Below, in pieces: positions 51,301-64,000 of a stretch of 64,000 nucleotides of DNA. Position numbers and translations under genes: made by a program. Numbering within the stretch: position 1 is the first letter of the stretch; each line of letters begins with the position of its first letter. The notes under the pieces were generated by a model, which worked only from the letters and a program-made list of their open reading frames with translations, made no database searches and was not told where the DNA came from. The DNA is from Rhina ancylostomus (lineage: Eukaryota), in the NCBI GenBank assembly GCA_030265395.1, contig JARFYF010000066.1, forward strand, positions 18,165,653-18,229,652, in the 5' to 3' direction.

Positions 51301-54300
51301 AAACAAGTGCTTCTCATTCTAGAGAGCAATGTTTGGGCTTTTCAATATATTATAGAGGGCCAGAATTTGGGAAAAAATGTCATTAAGTGTTCGTGTCATA
51401 AGATCAGTAAAGTTGTATCAGGCCATAAAAAGACATCCCCTGGAGTGGAAAACANNNNNNNNNNNNNNNNNNNNNNNNNNNNNNNNNNNNNNNNNNNNNN
51501 NNNNNNNNNNNNNNNNNNNNNNNNNNNNNNNNNNNNNNNNNNNNNNNNNNNNNNGACATCCCCTGGAGTGGAAAACATTTTTATTTAGAAACAGCTCTAA
51601 ATTATCCACAGCCCCACACACATCAATAACAAGTCTACACCTAGCACCAAGGATACCCAAATATGCTTCATAACAATATTTTTAAACAGCACATTAAATG
51701 TAGCAAAAATTCCCCAGTAGTTTGGATAATCAAGTTTAGGCCAAATATAACAAGGGAGACTGTTGAATAACTAAGTCTAGAAGGGTTTCAGCAGTAAATG
51801 AACTAATGCAGAACTGAAGCTGGCCACACTACACTGGAAATAGGCAATTTTAATGATGGTGCAAGTATTTAGTCATAAGAAACCCTCTGGATCAAGCATA
51901 ATATCAAAAATAGACTGGTTCAGCCTCAGACAGTTGTCAGGATAAATATGGAACCAATGACCAGGGAATAGACTTTGTGGTTGGGACAGGAGACAAGTAT
52001 TCTTTTGAGAAGCCCCATTTTGAATCCCAATCAAAATACACACAAGGCTGTGTTACTGGTCCAAGAAAGCAGTGATGAAAAACATTCATTGAAAAGTTGG
52101 GTTTTTGGGGTGGATATGTGGACTTAGAGAGGCAGACAAAGGATCAGAGGAAAATAAGGTCTGTACAAACTAGAATCTGTACCGGGGCATCAGATTTGGG
52201 CCAGGGCTAGTACCTTGATTTTCTTTACATTTCAAGATGGAAGTCATCTTTACAACAAAACTAATGAAAGATTTAAGATGGTATCCACCACATTGACTTT
52301 TTGCCAAAAAGCCCATAAAGGGGAACAAACTTAATCCATTGCATTAGAATCACAAAAGTTTTTCCTTCCTGCAAATAAACTGGCTTACCACTAAACATTT
52401 ACAACCTATCAACCTGCCTACATTGTTTGACACCATTCTCAGGCAATAAAAGACCCTGAAAATATGGACCACTTTGTTAATCTCAGGAGCCATCCCTCCA
52501 TTAAGGTGAACAACAATGATGAAATTCACCACCACCTTCAGTTTTTCAGTCAAGAAATGTTATGGTGTGGTTGGTACTAGTCCCTACTCTTGGAGTTGAA
52601 GATCATATCCACTATGCCTATAAATGGACAGAACTTACATCAATTCAGGAAGCAGATGCTTGGTCTCTGAGAGGAAGCTGATGATGATGAGAATGTGCAG
52701 AGAATAAAATAGAATGGGGTAGGATTAGTGCAAAAATAGGTGCTTGATCATCAGCATGGACTCAAGTGGGCTGAAGGGCCCATTTCAGTGCCGTATCCCT
52801 TTTGTGTGACACCGCCTCTCTGGTTATCGCAATCAGTGTCTTCATTTTTAAAGACGGATACCATTGTGGACCAAATAGTTTACAACAGAATGGAGTCAAA
52901 ATTATTGACATCAAGGACAGCACCACAGGCAAGGAGCTTGACTCATCAGGGTTAAACAGCTTGAAACATACCTTACGGAAGAGATTGACTGTGACTCTGT
53001 GAGCATTTGGTCCTTACAGGATCTTGACAGCACTGAGGAATCTGTTCATGTCATGACTTAAGTGAATTACTGCACCTCCTTGCAAACATCAGCAGTTCTT
53101 TAGCTTACTGGTTCCAGCAGAGTTAAAAGTGAACCACTGAAAAAAAATTACATGCAGAAAAGCGCACACATTTCATCTGGAGGTACATCTGCTGCGCTAC
53201 CTGGGGTCTGGGTACTAGTAATGCAAGTTATTTAGAGAATATTACAGAAAACATAACTACAGCTTCACAAGAATGTGGTCAGATGAAGCAGGGCAAGAGG
53301 TAACTCATGAAAGTTATAGATCCTGACAATGGCATAGAGCAGTTGGGCCAAGTGAGTTTTTTCTCTGCTGTACAAGCTATGTAATAACGTAAATTCCAGT
53401 GTTGGTCAGCATCCAAGTAAAACATCTTTTTTCATATCTCAACAAGTCTTTAAACATTGCCATCAAACAAGAAAAGCTTAGGTAATTTGCAACATCTCAA
53501 TTACACTCAAATATTGCATGAAGTACAGGCGTGGCGCCAAGACAAGTGCCAAATCATACAGTTTTTTGGGATTTTATAAGTACATCCTATCAATTCTAAC
53601 TGAAGTTTAGGTGAAATATGGCATCTTTTATGTTTCAGAGACTCAAAATCTGCCACCAATTGCAAATAATCAGTAGCTGAATTTAAGTAAAACCCATACA
53701 CAATCCAACAAGGGAAAGTATTCAGTAGCTTTTTCCAATAACGCCAGTCAGGTTACAGTTAAGGTCCTTCTCACCTGCTGGACAGCGTTTTAATTAATGC
53801 ATTGAACCTTTAACACTCCTTTGATACTGAAAGCAAGGCAGAGGGGAGTCTGAATTTGCTGCAAATTACATCTTTTTAAAAATGTTTTCTTTTTTTATTG
53901 TGCAATTAAAAAGACCCCTTGGGGATAGGCGGAGGAGGAGCAGGAGGGGAGGGAACAAGGAGCAGAGGAGGCAGAGTTAACAAGCTGCTGACACATGCAC
54001 CAATTTGAGACAGGCACCAGTGCAAATAAATATACTGCATTTAAATAACAAATCAGGCTGCGAAATGTCTTTGGGCTTGGGATTCCGTTGTGACGTACAT
54101 GAGTTTGCACCTGATTGAAGGTCTTGCCCAGCCATTAAGCCCACTTGTACCATGTGTGACTTGGCACCATCGTGTCAGAATCATTCCACAAGTCCTGCAA
54201 TCAACCTCATCAACATAGAAATATGGCAAGAGTAGGAAAACAAGAAAGAATGTTAAAGGAATGGGGGAAAGGAAAGGTGGCTTTGGAAGGAAAAAAGATA

Positions 54301-56509
54301 GTGAGAATTGAAACCACTGTCACATTAAAAAGGGTTTTTAACTACAGGTTGAAAATCAGTAATAACGCACAGTTCAATACATTTCCATCAACACAAGCTG
54401 CATGGAACATCAAAGGCCAGTTTCAGCACTGCCTGTGAAATGTTTAGAGCATAATTTTGAACCTATAATTTTTTTGGTCTAGTTTTGTATCTGCCACGTG
54501 AAGAAAACCCACCACTATTTTAAGAGATTCCAAATAAAGCTGTGGGACATTTTCATGGATTTTAATGTTAATTGCATAGATAAAAGTGGTCTTTTCCACT
54601 AAAATACTTGCTTCCAAAATCTTGCAAATTAACTTGGAAACAAAATTCAACTTTTATGACCAAGTGATGTGGAAAGAAGACTTAATTAGGATCAAATGCT
54701 TCTTGCCACTGCAATAGAGCAATGACCAGTAACATTTACACATCTCCCACAAATATGCATGCATTTGCTCACTTTTCCTTGTGAAAACATACAGTCTTAA
54801 AATAGCATTGTCTCTGTTGGTGCAATCTTGCTGTGCACAAATGAGCTGTTACTTTGGCTCTTTGCAGTAATAACAAAAATGTACAGCTTTCCTTTCATAA
54901 GATTTCAATATTCTAACGAATGCAGTATCCCCAAATCAGTGCAAAAAGATCAGAACATTTAACGGATAACGCTGCACTGAGAGGCAAATATTTTTAAAGT
55001 CACACAGTTGTCAAACAGGGATCCTCCTCAGCAGATTGGGAGAATGACAACCATGATTAAAGAATACAGCATTTCCAAATTAGCTGCAACCGATAAAAAA
55101 AGGTTATACAATTTATTTCTGCAAACTTCTAAAAGCACAAGACTGCCACCATTCCTCTATCTTGGCCATTGGTGTTCTGAAACATTTTAGGCTTTATTCT
55201 TGTTGAAAAGGCTTGAAGAAGCAAAGTCCAGGTGTTGAGATAACATACAGCTGCAAATTCAGCTACAATTCAAAAAGGAAGTAGTCGGTGTACAACATTT
55301 AACAATTCTTTCACTCAACACGAGGCCGTTATACAACTGGCCTTTTGGTTAAAATAAATTTACTCAGCATGAAGAAAAGGTTAAAATCTCATGTCTCTGG
55401 GTCAACTGAAACTTAATAGCTTTTAAAGTATAAAGGGATAAAGTAATGCATTTTCCATGTGTGGAAAGTATTAAAGAAAGACAACAGCAAATTACTGATG
55501 GATCTTTGCTGAAGTCATCAATATAGGGTATTTCATTGCTAAAGACATTCATTTGACAAAGGCCTCGCATCATTTCTAATAGCTGAATTACACTCTCCCA
55601 CAAAGACAATTAAAGACCCAGTATTAAAGTACGGATAGGGGATGGGGGGGGGGTGAAACTGAGTAGGGGTGGCTTCAGGTCTCTCCATTGTGCAATATAC
55701 AAAGTGAACAGTACCTTAAAAGAAATTGAAAGCTCTGTGCTATCAACACACTAATAAAACCAAGAATCCCACATAAAATGAATAAATAGACAATCAAAAA
55801 TTGAGATAACACTGAGCAAGTTTAGTTTATAGATTGCAATACAGATACCCAGCTTACCTATAAACTCACGGCAGTTGTAGGTTTGTACTCTGCAATTCTT
55901 CCTCCAACTTTACAAAACTTAAACAGGACAAAAGTGTACTTTGCCATACCCACATTGAAGACTTGCTGAAGCTAAGCCTAAAATTAATCACAAATAAATA
56001 AATCCCCCAAGGTGTTGCAGGGAATGGAAGGATATGAATCATGTGCAGGCAGATAGGTTTAGTTCAGTTTGGCATTATGGTCAGCACAGACATCATGGGC
56101 CNNNNNNNNNNNNNNNNNNNNNNNNNNNNNNNNNNNNNNNNNNNNNNNNNNNNNNNNNNNNNNNNNNNNNNNNNNNNNNNNNNNNNNNNNNNNNNNNNNN
56201 NTTTAGTTCAGTTTGGCATTATGGTCAGCACAGACATCATGGGCCAAAGGGCCTGTTCTTGTACTGTAGTGTTCAATGTTCTATATTCATAAATCAGGTA
56301 CAGGGCTATTCAACCACAGCAATATTACGTTAAATGCACATTGGCCAAAAATTAACAGTCAATCAAGCTAGCAGGCCCTGCACATATCATGGTGGATGAG
56401 CTGCAGGAGATGGGCCAAAGTCAGATGGAACACAGAGTGAAGCCACAAAGGCGTGAATACTGAATCCATAATCATTTCTATGGGTTACTTCTGAAACTTT
56501 CTCATTATC

Positions 56510-57485
56510 ATGTTGTAGCAGCTCAACACCATCACCCCTCAGTATTAATCAACAAGTTTTAAAACCTGGGCCTCTGTACCTCGCTCTGCAACTGGATCCT
56601 TGACTTCCATATCAGGAGACCAAGTCAGCGCAGATCAGTGGTAACATCTCGTCCTCGATGAGGATCAACACAGACACACCTCAAGGATGTATGCTTAGCC
56701 CACTGCTCTACTCTCTCTACACTCATGACAGTGTAGCCAGGCACAGCTCAAACGCCATATTTAAATTCACTGATACCACCACTGTGGTTGGCAGAATCTC
56801 ATGGCAACAAGGAGGCATACAGGAGTGAGATAGATCAGCTGGTTGAGTAGTGTCACAACAACAACTTTGCATTCAACATCAGCAAGACCAAGGAATTGAT
56901 TGTGGATTTCTGGAAGGGGATGTCGGGAAAACACACCAGTCTTCATTGAGGGGTCAGCGTTGGAAAGGGTGAGCAGCTTCAAGTTCCTGGGCGTCAACAA
57001 CTCAAAGACTCTTGCAAATTTCTATACATGTATGGTGAAGAGCATTCTGACTGGTTGCACCACCCCCAGTATGAAGGCTGCAATGTGCAGGATCAAAAGA
57101 GGTTGCAGAGGGTTGCTTGCAGACTCAGCCACCTCCTTCATGAGCCCAACCCTCCCCACCATCGAGGACATCTTCAAGAGGGGGTGCCTCAAGAAAGCAG
57201 CGTCCATCATTAAGGATGATCACCTGTCAGGACATGCTCTCTTCAGGTTACTACCATCGAGGTGGTGGTACAGGAGCCTGAAGATCCACATTCAACATTT
57301 CAGGAACAACTTCTTCCCCTCCACCATCAGATTTCTTAATAGTCCACGAACACTACCTTGTTATTCCTCTTTTGCACAATTTTTGTAATGTATAGTAATT
57401 TTTTATGTCGTTGTCTTGCACTGTACTGCTGCCACAAAACAAATTTCACTACATACGTCAGTGATAATAAACTTGATTCTGATTT
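56510..57485 (+). mobile_element. Rex1/Babar LINE RT fragment to 3' end
   Basis: LGLCTSLCNWILDF, TPQGCMLSPLLYSLYTHD, ERVSSFKFLGV, NFYTCMVKSILTGC, RLLPSRWWYRSLK...FRNNFFPSTIRFLN; tail aataaacttgattctgatt. Confidence 0.92.
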
Positions 57486-57829
57486 ATCTATTATTGATCT
57501 ATCTTAAGGAATAGCAGAGAGGTATGCTGTACTAAACTCATCCTACAAATCAGTTTGTCCTTTCATTTACTTGATACAACCTGTTCAAACAGATGTTGAC
57601 CCAGTGAAAATTGGATCATAGCTGCACCCAGATCAAAGCAACACAAAAACCTTAATTATGTATTTTATTCATTTTGAAATAATATAGTTCTAAATTACTG
57701 CCCTAGCAAAATATGCAGAGTCATTTAATAACGAGTTGTCAGTCACGTTTCTTGAACCAAAATAACACGTGACTATGTATGACTACTTGATTTGGAATTG
57801 GTACAGCTCTGGTGGTTAAACAACAGATA

Positions 57830-58100
57830 GAGTGACACACAGGATGGAAACATCCTTCAGCTTGTTGAGTCCACACTATCAACCACCCATTTACACAAAC
57901 CCTACATTCATCCCATTTTTTAAATTTTCCCCACATATGCATCAACTCCCCCACCATCCCCAGATTCAAGCACTCACCTGCACATTGAGGGATACTTTAT
58001 AGCAGCCAATTAACCTAGCAAACCATGTGTCTTTGTAACCAAGCACGAAGTAACCAGAACACACGGAGGAAACTCACATGGTCACCAGGAGAATGTGAAA
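57830..58100 (-). mobile_element. V-SINE (HE1-like) remnant with CR1-derived tail
   Basis: gccaattaaccta...accagaacacacggaggaaactcacatggtcac is the reverse complement of a V-domain. Confidence 0.7.
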
Positions 58101-59174
58101 ATACTAATACAGTCATATTAATCAATGCTTTTCAAACCTTAATAGTAAGGACACAAGAACGTAAAGAGGACCAAGCCACATGGCCCACCAAGCATTCACC
58201 ATTATTCAATATGATCATCCTGAAGATGTGAAATAGGCCACATAAGTGAAAACTATTTCGTTCCTATACTATCAACTCAATATGGAGGGAGAATCAAACT
58301 TTGGTCAATTCCCTGCAGTATAACATCATAGAACTCAAACTTATGAGACTTTCAACAATAGTTACAGAATAGAAAGCATCAACATGCAGAGTTAAGGAAG
58401 GTGGAAAGTAAAAAGAAAGAAAAATTAGTCACCAAGGCAGCATGGTTCCTGCTTCACCTTGTAGGATGTCACTACTGAATGTTACCAACTTCCAGTACCC
58501 AACCAGACCAACAGCCTCAAGGAAAAAGGTACAAGAATAGGGTCAGTTTAAATAAAATGTCATCACTAAATAACTGATTCTAAATAAGGCAAAAAGGAAA
58601 AAAGGATGCAATGAAAGTTTGAATGGTAGCCATGTCTTCCCATAAACTTTATCAAGAAAATCCAGTTCATGAATTCACCCAATTAAATATTAAAACCTAA
58701 TGGAAAAAAGGTCAACATCTTGATCAAAGAGAGTGTTCATGTAAATAATGAGTATACGGTTCAAATATCTGTCTGTAGACAAGACAAATTACTTTCATTA
58801 CAAATCTTAAAGTTAAAAGATTTCTTGGATACAATATTAGCTAAAGAGAATGACTGAACTATATTGAAAGCTGACCAATACCTGGAAGGAATTGGAGCAT
58901 GGCGAACTGCACCTTCAGAGATATTCAAGTTAATAGATCAGACTGAATTTGATGTCAAAGGATTGCTCTGTGATGAACCAAGTTCTTAAATGGACATTCT
59001 ATCAGACTGAAAATCCCATGCTTTTGTGAAGTTACACATTGACTGAAATGCAGAGGAACTGCAAAATCTGAAAGTGAGCTTCATCACTTGTATGCATATT
59101 ACACCTCTATTTCAGATGAGGTGTTAAACCATGCTCTTAGGATGACATATGAACAATAAAATGATGCGCAATGA

Positions 59175-60015
59175 CACAAGAGGTTCTGCAGATGCTGGAA
59201 TCTGGAGCACCACGCAAAATGCTAAAAGAAATTNNNNNNNNNNNNNNNNNNNNNNNNNNNNNNNNNNNNNNNNNNNNNNNNNNNNNNNNNNNNNNNNNNN
59301 NNNNNNNNNNNNNNNNNNNNNNNNNNNNNNNNNNNNNNNNNNNNNNNNNNNNNNNNNNNNNNNNNNNNNNNNNNNNNNNNNNNNNNNNNNNNNNNNNNNN
59401 NNNNNNNNNNNNNNNNNNNNNNNNNNNNNNNNNNNNNNNNNNNNNNNNNNNNNNNNNNNNNNNNNNNNNNNNNNNNNNNNNNNNNNNNNNNNNNNNNNNN
59501 NNNNNNNNNNNNNNNNNNNNNNNNNNNNNNNNNNNNNNNNNNNNNNNNNNNNNNNNNNNNNNNNNNNNNNNNNNNNNNNNNNNNNNNNNNNNNNNNNNNN
59601 NNNNNNNNNNNNNNNNNNNNNNNNNNNNNNNNNNNNNNNNNNNNNNNNNNNNNNNNNNNNNNNNNNNNNNNNNNNNNNNNNNNNNNNNNNNNNNNNNNNN
59701 NNNNNNNNNCTGGAGCAACACGCAAAATGCTAAAAGAAATTTAGCAGGTCAGGCAGCATTTATGGAGGGAAATAAACAGTTGATTTCATCAGGACTGGAA
59801 AGGAAGAGGGCAGAAGCCAGAATAAAAGAGGGGAGGAGCACAAGCTGACAGGTGATAGGTGACTCCTGGTGAGAGGGGGAAGGAGGGATGAAAGGGAGTG
59901 ATTCAAGAAGCTGAGAGGTGATGGGTAGAAGAGGCAAAGGGATGAAGGAGGAGGAATCCCATAGGAGAGGACAGTAGATCGTGGAATAAAGAGGAGGTGG
60001 GGAATAGATGGGGAA
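59175..60015 (-). mobile_element. Penelope-like pLTR spanning an assembly gap
   Basis: ctgcagatgctggaatctggagc...agcaggtcaggcagcat...tcatcaggactgg followed by a purine-rich tract. Confidence 0.75.
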
Positions 60016-61289
60016 TGACAAGACGATGAAAGTGAATATTTAATTACAAAGTGTTTATCATCATAAAATGTTCAGGGTTCTTTACAAGAGAATTAAAAAA
60101 CATGATATACTCAGCCATGCACTGGGGTAAATGACCAAATGCTCAGTTAAAAAGAGGTTGATTTTATAAGAACATCTTTTGGAGGTTAAAAAAAGTCAAT
60201 TTCAGAGCCTAAACACAGCGTCAGTATTCAGAGGCACCACAAGCAAATGTGAAGTGAATCATTTCAGGGACAATCAAAAGGCCCGAAATGAAGAACAATT
60301 ATCTTGAGGGGACATAGAACTGAAGGAAATGAAAGCTTGGTAGGGTAAAGGAACGGAGGGATCTGGAAACAAGAATGACCACTTTGCCAAAAACAAAACC
60401 CTGCACATGCTGTCTGACTTGCTAAGCTTTTTTTCCCCAAATTTCCAGCATTTATGGAGAAACTGAGTTCACGTTTTAGAACGTGAAACCTGAACTTGCA
60501 TTTCTCCTTACAAATATTGCCTGCCCTGCAATCACTCCTAGCATTCTTTTACCCAAGCTTGCATTCACGTTCAACCTTCACACCAATTAATACAAAATAT
60601 AAAACTGCAACCAAATCACAACCTAGACAATATTGAATATATTGAAAACTAGAATACTACATCAGAATGAATGAAAAGAAACCAAACCAAAGGTTTGGTC
60701 TCTGAAGTGTCATCTTAATTGTGCTGCAATATTGCTGCCTCAGCTAGATTCTGCATCCTTTGATACTGAGAGTCTGTGCAGCAAATGTGAAATTACCTGT
60801 ACCTAAGTTTCGAAAATTCATTACTATCTTTATATTTATGATCAACTGGTCCCCAAAAATTAAGGTTTCAGGAAAGGCCATTAAATGAAAACCAAATAAT
60901 TAGGATTTCTAGACCTACTGGAGTGAATTTGTGATGACTAGTTTATATTTTATTCTGATGAACAAATTTAAACAGTGAATTTTTAAAAATCAATGGCTGA
61001 TTTAACATTTATGGCTTCAGCTAATTGAGTTCTGTGTGTTATGAAGGACTGAAATGAATAAATCACATGATTCAGATCATCACAGTTCTCCAGCATTTAT
61101 GAATTTCCAATTAGTAGAATGACCTCCAACCTCTTGTTCATGTCTGCCACTATCAACTTAAGGGTTTCAATTTACAGTTACTTACATAGGTTGTGCAAAT
61201 AGCAAAAAGGATCTGCTCTGACTCATGCCGCAACCTAACCAAAACTAAGTGAAGTGAATTAGATGTCCCAAGATGCCTCTTACCATGTT

Positions 61290-61680
61290 AAGAACATGAA
61301 TACAAGAAATAGACATAGCATCCATTCAATCAGATCATGACTGATCTCAGCCCCTTTTCTGCATATCCCTTGATTGCATTAATACTGAAAAATCTATCAC
61401 AAATACCGTCATGCAACTGAGCCTCCACATCCCTCTTGGATGGAGAATGCTAAAGATTCTATTCATTCTGAGTTAAGAAAGTTCTTTGCCCTTAATGGTC
61501 AACTCCTTATATGAGATTGACCATTGGGTCTAGACACCTGAATCATGTGAACATTATCCCTGCATCTACATTGTCAATCTCCTTGAGAATTTCATACGTT
61601 CTAATGAGATCACCTTTATCGTCTAAACAGAGAACATAACCCCAGTCTACTTCAATTTTCACATATAAAATCAGATACAC
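61290..61680 (-). mobile_element. CR1 LINE 3' end, decayed
   Basis: Reverse complement of the GDLI.TY.ILK motif (tctaatgagatcacct) plus the 3' UTR; a similar piece lies at ~32890-33130. Confidence 0.7.
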
Positions 61681-63824
61681 AAGGGGAAAACATACAGTGA
61701 TGGAGTGGAAGAATGGGACTGGCTGGATTTTTTTTTTACAGAGCTTACATAGACTTGTTGGGCTGAATAGCCTCCCAAAAGAGAATCTCCCCCTATTCTC
61801 TCTGAATATGGAGAGGAAACCTGGCAGAAGGGCAAGGCCATTGACTGCTCATTAGATGAGGATTTCTGCCTCCATCTTTTTAGGCAATGAGTTCCAAAGG
61901 CCTGCAGCATCCCATGTGCGCATCTCTAATCCTTCTCCAACTTATCTTAGACCTATAGCACTAGTTATCAACCCTTGGCTAAGTGATTACAACACATGCG
62001 TCATGTAGATGCATTTAAGCTAGTGAATGAGAAAGAAATTGAAAGGCTATGAATCAAAATGGGTAGGAGTGCACAAGGAGCACTAGCACCAGCACTGAAC
62101 TGTTGGCATACTCTTGTGTATAATTCTACACAAGAGATTTTACCAATTGTTAAAATTATTCAAATGTTCAAATACACATGATCAGTCATTATTTTCAGCA
62201 CAAGTAACTGAATTAACTAATCAGCAATATATATGTTTCAACTACAGATACCTTGGTATAAAAGAAATTGCAATAATTCTCCAAAGGAAAATAAAGATTT
62301 TTCAGAATAAATGATTTGAAGATGAAATTTTTGTTCCAATTAAATGGTTTCACATTGTACCCACACTGAAAACAACACATTTAACCAATTCAAGAAACTT
62401 GATGGAATTTTGACTTTGCTTAATAATGCAATGTTACCAACACATTAAGCATATAAAGCACTGATGACACACGGTCACAGTTAAAATTCATACATAAAGT
62501 CCTGAAGCCAAAAAACATTGCCTTGCTTCTAAGATAAACCTTCTATCTCAGCTTCAAAACAGTTTGATTACAGATAAACTACACCCATCAGAAACATTGT
62601 TTACCAATTCCAATGCAAATTTAAATACAGTCCAAGTTACACCCACATAGCCACAATCTACGTTGTGCTGAAATGATGTATTGCTGATCACAAGAAATGA
62701 ATTTCTACTCAGCAAATGGAAAATTACTAAAAATGGAAAACTTCCTCTTGCATTTTGCAAGTAATAATCATGTGGATTTTTCCAACCAGTATACAGAAAT
62801 GCTGAACCTGCCAAACCCCTCAAAATTCAAGGGGATAAAAGCCCTCAATGTTAGCAGCAGAGTGCTGAACAGTCACTGTATTGTCAATATACAGACCAGC
62901 TGGAATTTCAACTGCAAGCACAAAATGAATAGGTAATTCAAATTAATAATTACACTACAGTCACACTGTGGGAAATGAAACCTCAGTAATATCCCATTTC
63001 AACTGCCCTACATTGGGTAAATTAAAATACTCTAGTGTCTTCTTGATATGCCTTTCAAAACTAGTCATTCAACATTCTGAAGATCTATATGTTTAACCTT
63101 GTAAAAAATTTTGCTGTCCTGGTTTCATTTCTGTAATGATTTGATCCTAATAACCTTCCTCTGGGAAACATTTGCTGCAGCACTTCCTGGCGCTGCAATC
63201 ATTAACCCAGTCTGAGCAGACAGGGATTCCAGTGTTGTCGCAGAGCTTATTTAGGTATCAAAATACCACAGNNNNNNNNNNNNNNNNNNATGCACTTTAA
63301 AGTTTTGCCAATGGATGTCTTGCTGGATTCTTAACCACCACCTCCAATTGCTTCCACTGGTTTCTCACTCATGGTTCTGGATCTCAATGACTACCTGCAT
63401 TCCCTTTACTGCAGCGCCTTTTCAAAGTGACTGTGATGATAGAGATACAAATTTTATGAAAATAGGTCAATAGCTTTCATCGTGCAGACAGGAAATTTTC
63501 AAACTCGATAAAACCATGGAAATAATTTCCAAGCAAAGAAGGATCAAAATGCAGAAGGGAAATAGAATACAAGAGTAACTGAATGAAACAAAAATTCCGT
63601 AAAACTTCAAGTATGGATAAAGATTTGCAAACATTAGTGTGGGCTTCTTAAAGAGTGAGACAGGGGAAGTTCTATCAGGGCAAGGAAATGACAAAGAAAA
63701 TAAAATCAATATTGTGCATTGTCTTTGTGTGAGACACAGATACCCCTTCAAAAGACTAGACAACTAGATATTAGAAATAATGAGCTCAATGAAACTGGCA
63801 TTTGTTAAAAAGTATTGAAAGAAA

Positions 63825-64000
63825 TTTATGGATTTAAAGGTGATAAATCCCCAGGACCTGATGAACTGCATCCAAAAGGTTTTGAACAGGGTGAAAGTAT
63901 TGCATAGATTCTAGAATGGCTCCCAAAGATTAGGAAGAAAATGTAATCCTTTAAACACAAGGCAAGAGAGAGAAAACAGGGAACTACAGAGAAGCTACTC
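63825..64000 (+). mobile_element. CR1 LINE RT N-terminal fragment, running off the window
   Basis: gataaatccccaggacctgatgaactgcatcca encodes DKSPGPDELHP; further on is an REKTGNYR motif. Confidence 0.8.

Noticed and set aside
51432-51577. gacatcccctggagtggaaaaca repeated across a 100-N gap
   Set aside because: Unmerged contig overlap, not a TSD or CRISPR-like repeat.
56058-56245. 44-nt direct repeat across a 100-N gap within a CR1 tail
   Set aside because: Assembly overlap artefact.
59202-59741. Repeated ctggagca.cacgcaaaatgctaaaagaaatt flanking a 476-N gap, and long X-containing ORFs
   Set aside because: Probably a contig overlap; the ORFs are open only because of Ns. The same applies to ORFs across 2416-2666 and 4104-4492.

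Overview
This is AT-rich, repeat-rich vertebrate genomic DNA with several N-gaps. The repeat content (CR1, Rex1/Babar, Tx1, Penelope-like, V-SINE and Deu-SINE remnants) suggests a cartilaginous fish, probably a batoid; this is inferred from recalled repeat consensus. One protein-coding gene is visible: a minus-strand FURIN (proprotein convertase). I mapped ten consecutive coding exons between 929 and 25980, equivalent to human exons 3-12. All have GT-AG boundaries and lengths of 99, 96, 129, 77, 89, 173, 213, 101, 104 and 118 nt. They join in frame and carry the RTKR autocleavage site, the catalytic D/H/S triad and the oxyanion Asn. The signal-peptide exon is not visible in the 38 kb upstream, and the 3' exons lie below position 1. 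Almost all other ORFs in the track are noise, N-gap artefacts or decayed retroelements. I found no convincing novel multi-gene system. The most notable observations are a His-enriched furin prodomain lacking the P6 Arg, diverged direct repeats flanking exon 4, two long intronic inverted repeats, a templated insertion into a Tx1 element, and decayed Penelope hammerhead-ribozyme motifs.
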